64,000 nt of DNA, taken from positions 810,189-874,188 of the forward strand of contig NMRA01000121.1 in NCBI GenBank assembly GCA_002633005.1, in the 5' to 3' direction. The notes under the pieces are model-generated. The model was not told where the DNA came from. It ran no database searches and saw only the letters and a program-made list of their open reading frames with translations. Position 1 is the stretch's first letter. Every line of letters begins with the position of its first letter. This document shows, piece after piece, positions 39,258 to 50,455 of this stretch. The translations under genes were made by a program, and so were the position numbers. The stretch comes from Phoronis australis. Its lineage: Eukaryota; Animalia; Phoronida.

Positions 39258-41443
39258 CCTTGTACCTGTCTTTAGAATGGTTTATTTTTCAAAAATGTCA
39301 CCACGATGAATAAAGTATTAAGAAGACACAGCAAGTTTCTCAAACCGTTCCCTATTTTCAAAACGCACGTGAACCTATGAAATAAAATTTGCATGCGCAT
39401 TCTTGACGCATTTTAATATAACTCAATTAAAAAGCGGCTACGAACCCATTTCCGTAAGAAAACAAGGCTTTTGATTCAGACCGTTTGCCATCAAACTGGT
39501 CTCAACCAGTACCTTCTTCCTATATAAGGGATTTATGGGCTTGAAAATAATTCATGGCTAGTTACTGCTTCACGCTATGCTTGAACACAAAATAACCCGC
39601 CGGGCCAATCTAGTTTAATGAGTCTAGTATCGAGCAGCAACGAATTACCAAATCTTCTTAAATTTGCATTTCGCCTTATTTAGCTGGCTAAAATACTAAA
39701 ATCGAATTAGGCCTTATACCCTCGTAAAATCGGTCTCATAGTATTCAGAAGCGGATCTATGGGGGGTTCAGGGGGTTCAAACCACCATCGGGACAGGATC
39801 AAAAATAAAAATTGAAAGAAATTTCGCCAGAAAAACTAAATAAGCTGCTAAAAACCACAACAAATCTTACACGGGAGGGGGAAAACACCCTCCCGACCTT
39901 CCTTCCGCTCGGGGCTATGCGCCTCGAATTCACTCGAACCCTAACCCCCCCCCTTACTGAAAACGTACATCTGCCACTGAGCAATATTCATTGACATGAC
40001 AGGATTTAACGTCCTGAAATTCGCACCTGGAAAATGGCGCATCAACGCATTGTTTGTTACATGAGGTGCCAGTTTATTCCACAATAACTCAATATCGGAT
40101 GAACGTGGTCTGTAATATTTAGAAACAAGAAAGCGAATTCAACCCTGACAGCTAAACGAGTGAAATGTTGCTTTAAACATCTTTAGGGGAGAACACTTTT
40201 TCACTGCAACAAGCTCGGTCGGTTGACAACCGAGACTTCTCCTTAGCCACAAAAGCATAACTTCAATAGGTAAATCCAGGGAAAACTTTTGACTACAGAA
40301 ATTAGGGATTTTCGAATCAACATAAATGTTTACTCGTCTCGCTGGTTCATTAAACTTACAGGAAGTAAGAAAGAAATGACACTCCACGCATGTATCCACG
40401 TGCCTGGCTGATTTCTTATCGTGCATTATAATTTTCCAAGAGGGTAGGGGTGGAGATAGGTATTTTTCCATTAAACAGTCAGGTGCATGTTTCAAAACCA
40501 GGCAGACGCCAAGATTAGATCCAAGCGTGCTATTGTTTTTAGCCTCAGGTGTGGTTTTCAAAAGAAAAGTCTTAATGATTGTTATTGGATTTATCATAAT
40601 TTTCTTAGCTGGAATTAACTGAACAGATAAACTATCGTGGTAATATTGCAAAACCCACTCAAATTGACTTTGCTGTATTCCTCTGCGTTGGACCTGGAGT
40701 CTATCTTTTTATTGGAACTCGAAATTGAATTTGACCTTTTCTTCTATATTATTACAAAATGAATAGAAGTTTCTGTTATTCTGTGCTCGAATATAGGAAT
40801 GTTTAGCATGACGTCATTTTGACGTCATTAGGACGTTTTGGACCCGTGTGTGACGTATGTCTATTCTTATTTCCGGGACCAAATTGCGTCATCTACTGCC
40901 ATCAAGCTACAAACTCGAATAAAACTCCAGAATTGCAGCACAAACTCAAGACTTCGAGTTAAGGTTCGATCTTATAGCATTAGAATCATCAAGTGCAAAT
41001 CATAATGTGCTGCAGCACAGAATAATAGACAGTTATCTTCAGGAAAAGAAGAACTGAAGAAGTCGCGTAAAACACAATCTCGAATACAAAATTTAATCCC
41101 GGCCCAGTTGCGCAATAAACTGGAAAAATTATGACATGCTTTTATTCATAGTTAATTGAAAAAGCCCAAAAATTTTAAGCTTCCGGTGTTTTAATAAAAA
41201 ATGAAAAATTTGTAGAAGTTACCTATATGAAGAACAAAACGTGAGTTTCCCCAAATAATTGCATTTTAATTGAGCAATGTCACTGCGGTATTCCATAAAA
41301 TATGAGCGTAGGCCTACAGCTAAAACAAGACTATGTGACTGATTTGTAGGATATCTTCAGGGATGCTGTCATTTGTTGTGACTCGAAGTAACTAAGTACA
41401 CCTCCAATAGGCCACTGTTTCACCAACCGCCAGAGTTTCATAA

Positions 41444-41706
41444 CTAAACACTTTTGGCGGCCTTCACCATATTGGTAAGTTTCTGAATTAAAATGGATTC
41501 AGGTAGAAATCCCAGACCACAATCTGGAGCCACGGCAAGGCGATCACGTGGTATGTGACGCAAAACTTCTACCAGTCTTTCCTGTATTTCAGCAACAGTT
41601 TCAACGCGGCTACACGCCACCTTCACCACGCCAAGGATGATCTTCGTTTTCTTGAAGTTGCTGAACAAAGCCAGGTCATTGTGGCGGTGAGCGTCTTCAA
41701 GAGAAA
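41444..41706 (-). CDS. MetE-like core methionine synthase, exon 8 (last)
   Basis: ttttcag|(I)SLEDAHRHNDLALF...IILGVVKVACSRVETVAEI...VAPDCGLGFLP...KLTNMVKAAKSV*. Carries the Zn-ligand Glu and the PDCG Cys; minus-strand AATAAA at 41141-41146. Confidence 0.95.
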
Positions 41707-42489
41707 CTGAAAATTACCGCAAAATTTAGAAAATGAAATAAAAAATTGACTCCGTAGGTCACAACAAAATTCTGTTACTTAATTCAATCAGCGGACATAT
41801 CGGAGTGGTTAGGCTCTGCCTAAAATGATTGCACCTGGTTGACCAAAATATTATATCATTCTGCACATTTTAAGACGTCCTATCTCACCTGCCTTCTTAT
41901 AAAAATTCTACCTCTGAATACGGTATAAATGTGGGATAGACATTTCGTATTTTCTTCCCGCAGACGCCAGTGTGTGCCATGCCTAATGTATATTCATAAG
42001 CAGAGAATTTCGGCTAAACAAAAGTTCTATTCTGATTTCAGAAAATGCGTTGTTTGAGATTGTAAGAACGCTTCGAAACTGAAGCTAAATTCGTCTGATT
42101 ATTAGACTTCATCGACAGCAACACAGCAAGGATGGTGTACATCAAGGTCGCGTACCGTAGCTCGAATACATACATCTGCGGCGAAAGATCTTTGACCCTG
42201 TGTATCCCTGATCATGACGTATGTCCCATAATTCAACATTCCATTCTCACCGACCAATACTAATTAATGGACGTCATTTGATGCCGCAAGTAAGTTACTG
42301 GCGAAAAAATCGGAAATCACTCGCGTGATTTTACGCGGTTACTGCGTGATCTAGCTTTTCTCACCATAAACTTGGTCTACGGAACGCACCCTTCTTATGT
42401 ACAGAAGTCAGGTTATCCCAATAGCCATGTCTCAAACTTGATTGAAGGACAGGCAACGTGTCTCATTGAGTTCTGTAAAAACTACTCAC

Positions 42490-42571
42490 TGGCATCAAAG
42501 CCGGCGTTGTCCAGTTTATTGGACAAGTCGAGATACGCGTTCTTGTCCGCCTTTTGGTAATCCTCTTGGTC
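42490..42571 (-). CDS. MetE-like core methionine synthase, exon 7
   Basis: ctag|DQEDYQKADKNAYLDLSNKLDNAGFDA|gtgagt; phase 0-1. Confidence 0.9.
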
Positions 42572-42797
42572 CTAGAGAAGCAGAGTGAAGCAAAACATAC
42601 TTGCAAAGGGATGAATTGTAACTTTTGATATTAAAAATATAGTATAAATTTAGGTTCCCATTTAAAGATGTTCTTGATCATCAGCAATTATTATAATATA
42701 ACGACTTGGTCTACCTGATCAGTGTGAATGTTCAATGACAAAACTGTGGTTCTAAATTAGGACAAGTGCATTGAATTGCGTCAGTGCTAACTTTTGA

Positions 42798-42862
42798 TTT
42801 AGACCACTTACCGCCTTATTTAGACCACTTACCGCCTTAATATTTAGACCACTTACCGTCTT
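42798..42862. repeat. Tandem repeat of about 20 bp, 3 copies (ATTTAGACCACTTACCGCCT)
   Basis: Seen directly in the sequence. Confidence 0.85.
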
Positions 42863-43089
42863 ATTTTGATGACAAGTGATTTATGGGTTTGTAAAAAGAG
42901 CTGGCAGTTCCCTTTTTCTTGAGACAATACACCGTACATAAAATAACACACTGTGACCGCCAACTAACACATCCTAGTCTCGAGCTACAAGGAACTGCCA
43001 GTCATGACATTACCTCCAGTTTGACTACAAAAACAGTTTGAGACCAATTTCAGACCGTAGAGTCGTCTAAACATGCTGAACATTCTTAC

Positions 43090-43149
43090 CAAATATGTAG
43101 GGTATCCGCAGCACAGGTGAATGGTCTTTGTCACGTGACTGTCGACACC
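43090..43149 (-). CDS. MetE-like core methionine synthase, exon 6 (Zn-binding HxC)
   Basis: ctag|GVDSHVTKTIHLCCGYPTYL|gtaaga; 60 nt, phase 0-0. Confidence 0.93.
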
Positions 43150-43589
43150 CTAGGTTTCGGAAAGAAAATAACATTTGTATAGGAGCATAGCAATTACTTT
43201 GTTACTTTGCAAAATAATTTATTATAGAGATAGACTTGGAATTTGTTGTATATAAATGGTCATTTTTTTCTGCTTCGTGGGAAAAGGTTTATTTTGAAGA
43301 CTGCCATATAAACTACAGAGTGAATTATAAACGAAGCGAAACAGACCAGTGAGACGGTTACGCTGCATTTCGACCGGCCTGTTTAGTTGTAACTTTAAAC
43401 ATATTTCGATTTCTTAACAAAAGAGTCTAAGCCAACAGCTGATTTGGAAGTGATCACACGGAATGGTCCTTCTGATGTCACCTGACTAGACCTATTTTTA
43501 AATGGAATTGTAGTGCGCGCCACATTTCAGGGTTGGCCAACTCCAATGAAATCAACGATATTCCTACGCGTTTCGCGACCTGTTGGGTT

Positions 43590-43745
43590 CAGTGCTGTAG
43601 TGGGGCGTAGGCGCACGTAGGCGAAGCCAACCACCTTTTGGCATTTGAACGTAGCGCCTACGCACCGTAAGTTACGTTCAGTGCTCAAGGTGATACGGTG
43701 GGCTTTGGGCGCCTACTTACCTGTAATTTTACCACTGCAGCACTG
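43590..43745. mobile_element. hAT-type MITE, 156 bp
   Basis: TIR CAGTGCTGTAGTGG / CCACTGCAGCACTG with a perfect 8-bp duplication GTTGGGTT. Confidence 0.88.
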
Positions 43746-44244
43746 GTTGGGTTCGCATGTTCTTGGTAAAAGAAAACAAGTCCTATCGTGGTGAGGAAAT
43801 GTTCGAGTCAGAGCTTATAAGAGAAAAATGTCAATTCGATTGTAGATTTTTATTCTGTGATACAAGGAGATATGCAGCTTTAACTGGAATGAAAATGACA
43901 AGAAACCACGTGACAGAAGATAGGTTTGGTAGATGTCTGAGATGTTGATATATTTCCTGCAATCTGTTGGAATGCGATTTTGAGAATATTGCAGCAGGCG
44001 AGTTTTGATTTGTTGCAGAGCAAAGAATGACAGCAAATCGCAGGAAAAACACTCGCCTGTGAGGCTAGCTTAAGACACTGTTCTTGAAAGTGTTTGTCAT
44101 TCCTTTTCATTTTTACCGAAAACCACGACTTTCGTAGAAATTCGTAGAGTGTGATCGAGTAGACAGCTGACAAAGGAACGTTTCCATGGTCTACGTTCGT
44201 AAACGCCTCAGACTTTCCGTGAGATAAATTTATATACACTGTAC

Positions 44245-44423
44245 CTCAAAACACTTGGCTAAGTCGTCAATGCCGTAGTCAAGAGCGACCTCTGGTAGAC
44301 GTACTAGCAACGGCTCGTCAATCTGAATATGTTGGCAACCAGCCTTTGAAAGGGCAACGACTTCGCGATTGATGAGCGTCACCAAAGTTTTGTTCAGTTC
44401 TTTGTCATTGTGGTAAAAGTCAT
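44245..44423 (-). CDS. MetE-like core methionine synthase, exon 5
   Basis: ccag|(D)DFYHNDKELNKTLVTLINREVVALSKAGCQHIQIDEPLLVRLPEVALDYGIDDLAKCFE|gtacag; IQIDEP motif. Confidence 0.95.
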
Positions 44424-45928
44424 CTGGAGGGAAAAGAAATTTTTAGAAATAGACCGCTGTTGCGTTGATGCTAATGAGATGCAAATCTTAACATTCGATT
44501 AAGACAATTTCTGAATCTTGAAGAATAAAATTTCATATGAGTATTTTAGTTTGTGCATGTGTTCAAGACTGAGTCTTATCTATCTGTGTCAGTCACAACA
44601 AAACACATTTTCTCTGTGTCACCAGGTGGCGAAACCAGCTCGACCACGAGTTAATGGCTCACTAAGAATTGAAACAAAACGTCGCCGAAAATCGAAGGCA
44701 CTTCGTGAGTCCACTTGAAAAAAGTTTGGCAAAAAGACAGTTTTCTAAGAAGGGAAGCAGAAGAAATGAAGCCCAGTTATCAAAAGCAAAAGTGATCGCT
44801 TAGCAATGCTTTCGACGTCCGATATTACATTGTCGTGCTTTTCATGAACATACCGCATGTGGTACCACGTTGAGACAACACTGACCAGATAACAGTAAGA
44901 TTATATACCCTAAGTGTTGGCTTACGGTCAGGAGTAAATGCATTTTCTAGTATGAGATCCAAACATTGCGCACCAGTGTAATGCAATGTCATCGTATCTT
45001 CTCCGAAACAAATTTTAAGTTATTTTTAGAGACTGTGAGACTGCGTTAATGTCAAGTTGTGCGCCTTCCCAATGACACGGATTACGTTGAATGGTTTTGA
45101 CTGGACTTTATTAAGCAGAGTTCAATTTCGAACGCGTTTTTGCGATAAGGAAGCAATTTTATCGGGTCGGCGAAAAGTTCACAGTACACGCGCGCTCTCG
45201 GCGCACAAGTCCCTTGAAGCTCATCCCGATTCCTTCCAATTTGTATGATGAGAAAATAGCATTTTATCCTCGTCTACACTGTTTAGACAGGCATTTCGTA
45301 GACCCAAGGCATTACCCATGCACTTGCGATGAGAAATCTTCCCTTATGGAGCGGAAACAATGAATTTTCTCCATAATTCAACATTCCAACCCAACTGACC
45401 ATTCATTTCAGTGATCCCGCCATTTTGCTGGGCTACACTAGTATAGATGTCCAGCACACTCGCGAAACACTTGGTTTTCAATTGCGTGATTTAGCGTGGT
45501 TTTCGGTGTGATCTCGCTTTTCGCGCAAGAGACTACGGAAAGCGCCACTGAACTGATCACCCGAAACTTATTGCTGTAGTGAGAGAGTTGCGTTCAGGGC
45601 AGCACCACGTGCATGTAGTGAGGGAAACCACGGCGAAACCATAAGCCTAAATAGACATTTTAAAGGCGAAGGCAACCTTTTTCCATGTCATTTTGAGCTA
45701 AAATAAGGTTGGTTTGTTATCCTAGACATATTTTCCACTTAATTACAGCTTTTCGTAATTTTATTAATTACTCGCCCGCTCTTCCGGAAGTGACGTTTTA
45801 GGAGGCAAGCATTTCGCGCTTATTTCTTTTCATATAGTCTGACTGTGAGAGCTGCCGAGTCAGTCATTGTTCTACCTCGGTTGTGTTAAGTTCCGTCATC
45901 GTTTGCTTTCATTAACTAGTCAGTCAAT

Positions 45929-46715
45929 ATGCCACACTGTTGCTGCGTACCAGGATATACTAATTATCGCCTCACGCGCGCTTTGGGAGTACCTTTGCAT
46001 CGCTTTCCGATGGATGACACACTTCGCCGTACTTGGCTCGTTCGTGTGAAGAACGCAGCGTTACCCGTCCACTTAACGCACAAAGCAGTGGAGAATTACC
46101 GTGTGTGTGGGAAGCACTTTCTGCCGTCCGATTACGAAAGGGATTTGTACGCTGAACTTATGAAGGACCCTGCGAAACAACGTCTGAAGAAGGTTGTCAT
46201 TCCGTCTGTGTTGATTCCCGGCAGTGCCCCGTCGCCACCCTCGAGACGTGCGTATTTGAAGCGAGAAGCCTCGCGAGCTGTGGCCAGTACAGTGACTGGA
46301 GTCAGTGGGGGCACTTCATCTAGTGTCACCCGTGCCTCCGAACGTACCCCCAGAGCGTGCAATTCCTGGAACCAGTAGTGATTCGCTCTGGGCTGTTTTC
46401 TCCAGCACAGAGCCTCTAAGCAGCCCTACAGCGATATTGAGTAGTGGGAGTGATTACAGGCTCAGTTCGACACCCAGTGAAGAGGACAGTTCGTCGTCCA
46501 GTGAACAGATCGGTGAGCCAAACTTTGATAAGTTTATTGTGGACTTTTCTAAAGTGTTGAAGCTATTTAGAAGGTATCAGGTGTGTGGCGAGAGAGTCAC
46601 ACGACACGATGTAAGCAGTTTGGGTGCTCATGTCACCATCCAGTGGGAGTGTGTCGCGGGACACTCTGGCAAGTGGGACAGTTGTTCCTCTGTCCGTGGT
46701 ATGCCGAAAGTCCAC
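45929..46715 (+). pseudogene. Truncated Kolobok transposase N-terminus: THAP domain, frameshift, Zn-finger-like region; no DDE core
   Basis: MPHCCCVPGY...LHRFP...W...RVCGKHF...RLKKVVIPSV is a THAP pattern (second Cys to Tyr). The second frame reads KFIVDFSKVLKLF..VCG...WECVAGH...W...GMP and then breaks. Confidence 0.85.
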
Positions 46716-47015
46716 TTAACCATGTCCAGTCTTGGCCTCGTCGAACTCTGAACAGCACAAGCATTCCATTGAGGTAGGCATAACAACGCACACAGTGCAT
46801 AATTTGCACCAAGATGTGTCACCACGTCTGTCCTCAGTAGCCGCCTCGTTTCTCTCAACAGCTGCCTGTGCCTGGGCGTACTCCGCCTCGTTATACTCGG
46901 GCTCAAACCCACCCACTGAATGTCCGTGAAAAAATTCCTTGTCACCACTGCTGTAAAAAAGGTCTCCGTCACTCACACTACTGTCACTGTGATTCGGGTC
47001 ACCGACTCCAGCCAT
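46716..47015 (-). pseudogene. Truncated KolX-like protein (homologous to the P2X7 C-terminal Cys-rich region)
   Basis: GFEPEY...RRGDTSWCKLCTVCVVMPTSMECLCCSE matches the WCxC..C..M....ECxCC pattern; convergent to the transposase. Confidence 0.8.
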
Positions 47016-47723
47016 TTTCAGCTTACAACACACTAAACAATCCCTAAATCCAACGTAGATGAGTTCTCTACTAACCTATCTTGCCGCAGAATACTCGCCG
47101 ATAGAAAGTGGTGGCGACAATTGTTGAAAAACAGCACAAAACAAAAGTAGAATAGAACAGATTCGCACGGTAAAGTCAACGCAAAACCAAGTGGCGGGAA
47201 ACGCTTGCCTCCTAAAACGTCACTTCCGGAGTAGCGGACGAGTAATCTATAAAATTACGAAAAGCTGTAAGTAAGGGGAAAATATGTCTAGGATAACCAA
47301 CCAACCTCATTTTAGCTCAAAATGACATGGAAAAAGGTTGCCTTTGCCTTTAAGAGATAAGAAACGTGGTGAATTTTGTCCCATTTTCCCAAGTGTCAAG
47401 GTGCTAACCCGTTACTGGAAATTCGGCTGCACCTGATTGACTGGTAAGGATGGATTAACAGTTTTAAAAGTCAGAAATCGTTATTTAGAACCAATCTGAT
47501 GTCTTAACCGGTTGACCCGGCGGAACCGACGAAGTCAATCAAGTGTACCGGTTATGTAAGAACATTCTTTGAAATCATACCCTTCTTCCATTTCTGTTGA
47601 TGCTGGTCTCAGCGCAGGGTTCACTTGAAGGTCGCACAATTTCCAGTCAATAAAAAACCTTGGGCTGACAATTTCTCAAAGAAGCCGTTTGAAATTTGCC
47701 TCAAGTAAAGAAACAAATATTAC

Positions 47724-47938
47724 CTGCAGTTGAATTTATAATCGTCATGGGCCCCGGAATGGTATATTTGACAGGCTTGGCGCTTACTGACTGAGTCCGC
47801 TTCCACTCTTCCGCGCACCATGGAGTGTTGTTTGCGTGAGCTAGTACGCCTCGAATTGTTGGTACGTATGAGTAACAGGCACCGTTTCGGTATACTTTGT
47901 ACGTGGGTTTTGTAAAGTCAAAGTTTTTGAGTTGTCTG
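47724..47938 (-). CDS. MetE-like core methionine synthase, exon 4
   Basis: ttttgcag|(C)RQLKNFDF...VPTIRG...KPVKYTIPGPMTIINSTA|gtaata; K..PGPxT motif; phase 2-1. Confidence 0.94.
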
Positions 47939-48427
47939 CTGCAAAACAATACGTAAAACAGTGAATGTTGGAAACTGCCAGTAACGGGCCGATCTTTCTG
48001 TGAACATCATAATTGGCCTTACTGTACATGTAGGTCTACACACGACTCATTTTTGGGTTAGGGAAACTTCAAAATCCAGACGAACCAAATCGTTAACAGG
48101 GAAAAAGATACCTGAGGCTACCTAAACTTGATCCCTCCCACGACGGATGTCATCTCCTTGGAACGTATTACGGATGGCTGTTCAAGATGGTTGTCAGGCC
48201 TATGGAAAGCCAACATTTCCTTTTTTTAAGTCATTTTAGTCAATTTCGCATACTTTGCTCACTATAAAAGGTATTTTAGTAGATTTTTACAAAAATGAAA
48301 CCCTGCAAGTATGACGTAGTGCGCTCCCAAAATGTCAACCGGTCAGAGTAAGTGGTGTTCTCTCGGAAATGAAAATCTCTGTGACTGCAACGTAGTTCGC
48401 TCCTCAGTATAAAATGCAAATACTTAC

Positions 48428-48545
48428 CAGAAATGATAGATGTAGTTCTCCCTCGCCATTTCACCGTCGGTGACGACATCAATACCAATATTTGCCTGTG
48501 TCTTTAGGCAGTCGCTCATCGCACGTTCCACCAGTGCGTTTGTTT
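48428..48545 (-). CDS. MetE-like core methionine synthase, exon 3
   Basis: tgcag|(E)TNALVERAMSDCLKTQANIGIDVVTDGEMARENYIYHF|gtaagt; Q..GIDVVTDGE..R motif. Confidence 0.95.
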
Positions 48546-49251
48546 CTGCACACAAAGGAATAGTATACGAATTTACCAGTTATACAATGAAATCGGAAAT
48601 ATGTAATGACGAGATAGCTGTATTTCAATTTGTTAGCAGCATTTACACTGGCTGCACTTGATTGACTTCGCCGGTTTCGCGGGGTCAATCAGCGAAGACG
48701 TCTGATTCGTTCTCGATTACGACTTTCGATTTACAGACGAATCGGTCGGGAACTTTTGATTAGCCAATTGACGCGGCTGAAGAAGTCAATCAACCACGAC
48801 CAGTAGATCATGATCTCGAGCAATAACAAACTGTCAGTTCTAGAATCTACAACTTGACAAAGGAACAAGAGACCAATTTTATAACGACATGTGGTCTTAA
48901 TCCAAGTTTGTTTTTTGAGACGGAAAACGGGTTTTCGTCGCTTTAATGAGAAACGTAGTTTTTGTCGCATTGAAAGGTTTCACAGGCTTTTTGAGTAACT
49001 TGGTTTATCGGTCACACCGGCCAATGGCGACCCAGTTTGACAAGTGACTACGGTGCTCAAGCGTAGTCACGGCGAGGGAGAAATGGAGTACCCAGTGGTT
49101 ACCAAAGGGTGACGATAAAAAATAATTCCAGGCGGTCTGATACATGTTGTACCAGACCCATTGCACTGATCACTTGGAACCATTTTTAGGCTTTATTAAT
49201 ATATAATTAAAACCGAGCTGAGGACCTAGAAACCTGACTTAAGGTTTTAGC

Positions 49252-49330
49252 AGTGTGACCCTGTGGGACTCGAACCCAAGACCTCCAGTAAAGACAGCGG
49301 GCACCCATCACACTAGGTCACAATGCCTCC
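49252..49330 (-). mobile_element. tRNA-derived SINE-like head
   Basis: Minus strand TGACCTAGTGTG (A-box-like) ... GGGTTCGAGTCCC (B box). Confidence 0.55.
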
Positions 49331-49760
49331 TCTTAAAGGAGTGACGATAGGTGTGTCTTATTCCAATACCCTTCACCCTGCATAAGCTGCTTTCGTTCGC
49401 CCCAATTCGCCCCGACCTCCCTCCCAGTCCAACCACTTTCACCGAGCCAGCACTCCTCCGCACAGTCCCCACTGCACTGACGAAACTAGGATGTCATCGA
49501 GGAGACCAATCACAATTTTGACGTAAAATGTCAGCGCGATCCCTAAAAACGGAATGCCAACGGATTTTTGGTGGCGGCCGGGTGATAGCGCTCACTGTCT
49601 TAAATCTGACAGTGAGTGTGGGGTGATGGGGCAGGCGAGCTGAGCAAAAAACCGAAGGCCTGGTGAACGACAGTGTTACCGTACAATTTTCGAATAGAAC
49701 AGGAAGCATTTTTCTACGGGCTTCCGTAGTAACAGAATGGCCGCCCCACCACTCATATAC

Positions 49761-49904
49761 CTTTGCCTTGGTGTTCCATGAGGTCTTTAAATGTCTTGAA
49801 CTCCTTTTCGCCGAACTCATTGTGCCCAGTCTTGAACCAGTCGGGTATTAGTAAATCATTCGGCTTAGGATAACTCCCGATGACTGTTGTCTCCAGGCCA
49901 CGTC
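49761..49904 (-). CDS. MetE-like core methionine synthase, exon 2
   Basis: cttttag|(G)RGLETTVIGSYPKPNDLLIPDWFKTG...HQGK|gtatat; TTVIGSYP motif that begins the MetE catalytic barrel. Confidence 0.94.
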
Positions 49905-50442
49905 CTAAAAGAAAAGTAATGCCGGGTCATTACACTCGGCTTCAGTGTTTTATTGACAATTTCCAAAAATGGTTAGACTCTGGTATATTGGCGAAAGACG
50001 GCAGGGCTACGTTACGTAAGTCTACGCAAGACATTCTCGAGTAANCTAAAAAGGCGCAGACGCACAGTTCTGAAGGTGGTACCCCGTTTTTTTTTAGTCC
50101 TTCCACTTTTTTGTTAACAAAAGGTCCATTTGATCAGAAATTCGAGCCCCCTCATCTTTAAGGCTGGTGCGCGCGCATGTCAGTGTATCGAGAAGATGCT
50201 TGGCAGGGTATGCATTGCGATATCTCGCACAAAACTTGTGTGAAGTTATTTATTAAACTCGCTCCACTGTATGACGCAGCACACAGCGACAGTGGCCATA
50301 AGTTTCGCCATGTTGTGGGTACAGAAAATGGTGGTTTTGTCACAGGGTCACTCAATGCGAGGGTTAACCCCCCACCTGGGAGTAATCGTCCTAGCCCCCA
50401 CCGAACTCCCCCTCCCGGCGTAGATCCCCACTCAGTGAGTAC

Positions 50443-50455
50443 CTGGCTCAGCCAT
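50443..50455 (-). CDS. MetE-like core methionine synthase, probable start exon (MAEP)
   Basis: GGAATGGCTGAGCCAG|gtactc gives phase 1, joining as MAEPGRGLETTVIGSYP. The donor is weak. Confidence 0.6.

Larger units (their letters stand above)
45664..47349 (+). mobile_element. Internally deleted Kolobok DNA transposon inside a MetE-like intron
   Basis: TTAA on both sides (45660-63, 47350-53); roughly 150-bp TIRs starting AGGCGAAGGCAACCTTTTTCCATGTC; two convergent ORFs. Confidence 0.92.

Noticed and set aside
40139-40651. 170-aa minus-strand ORF
   Set aside because: Non-ATG start, no recognisable motif, and it lies between two convergent 3' ends.
45664-47349. piggyBac or domesticated host THAP gene
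   Set aside because: Termini are AGG rather than CC-type, the ORFs sit inside TIRs, and they are frameshifted and truncated.
41444-50455. Bacterial contamination as the source of the MetE-like gene
   Set aside because: Seven spliceosomal introns with consistent phases, containing animal transposons.
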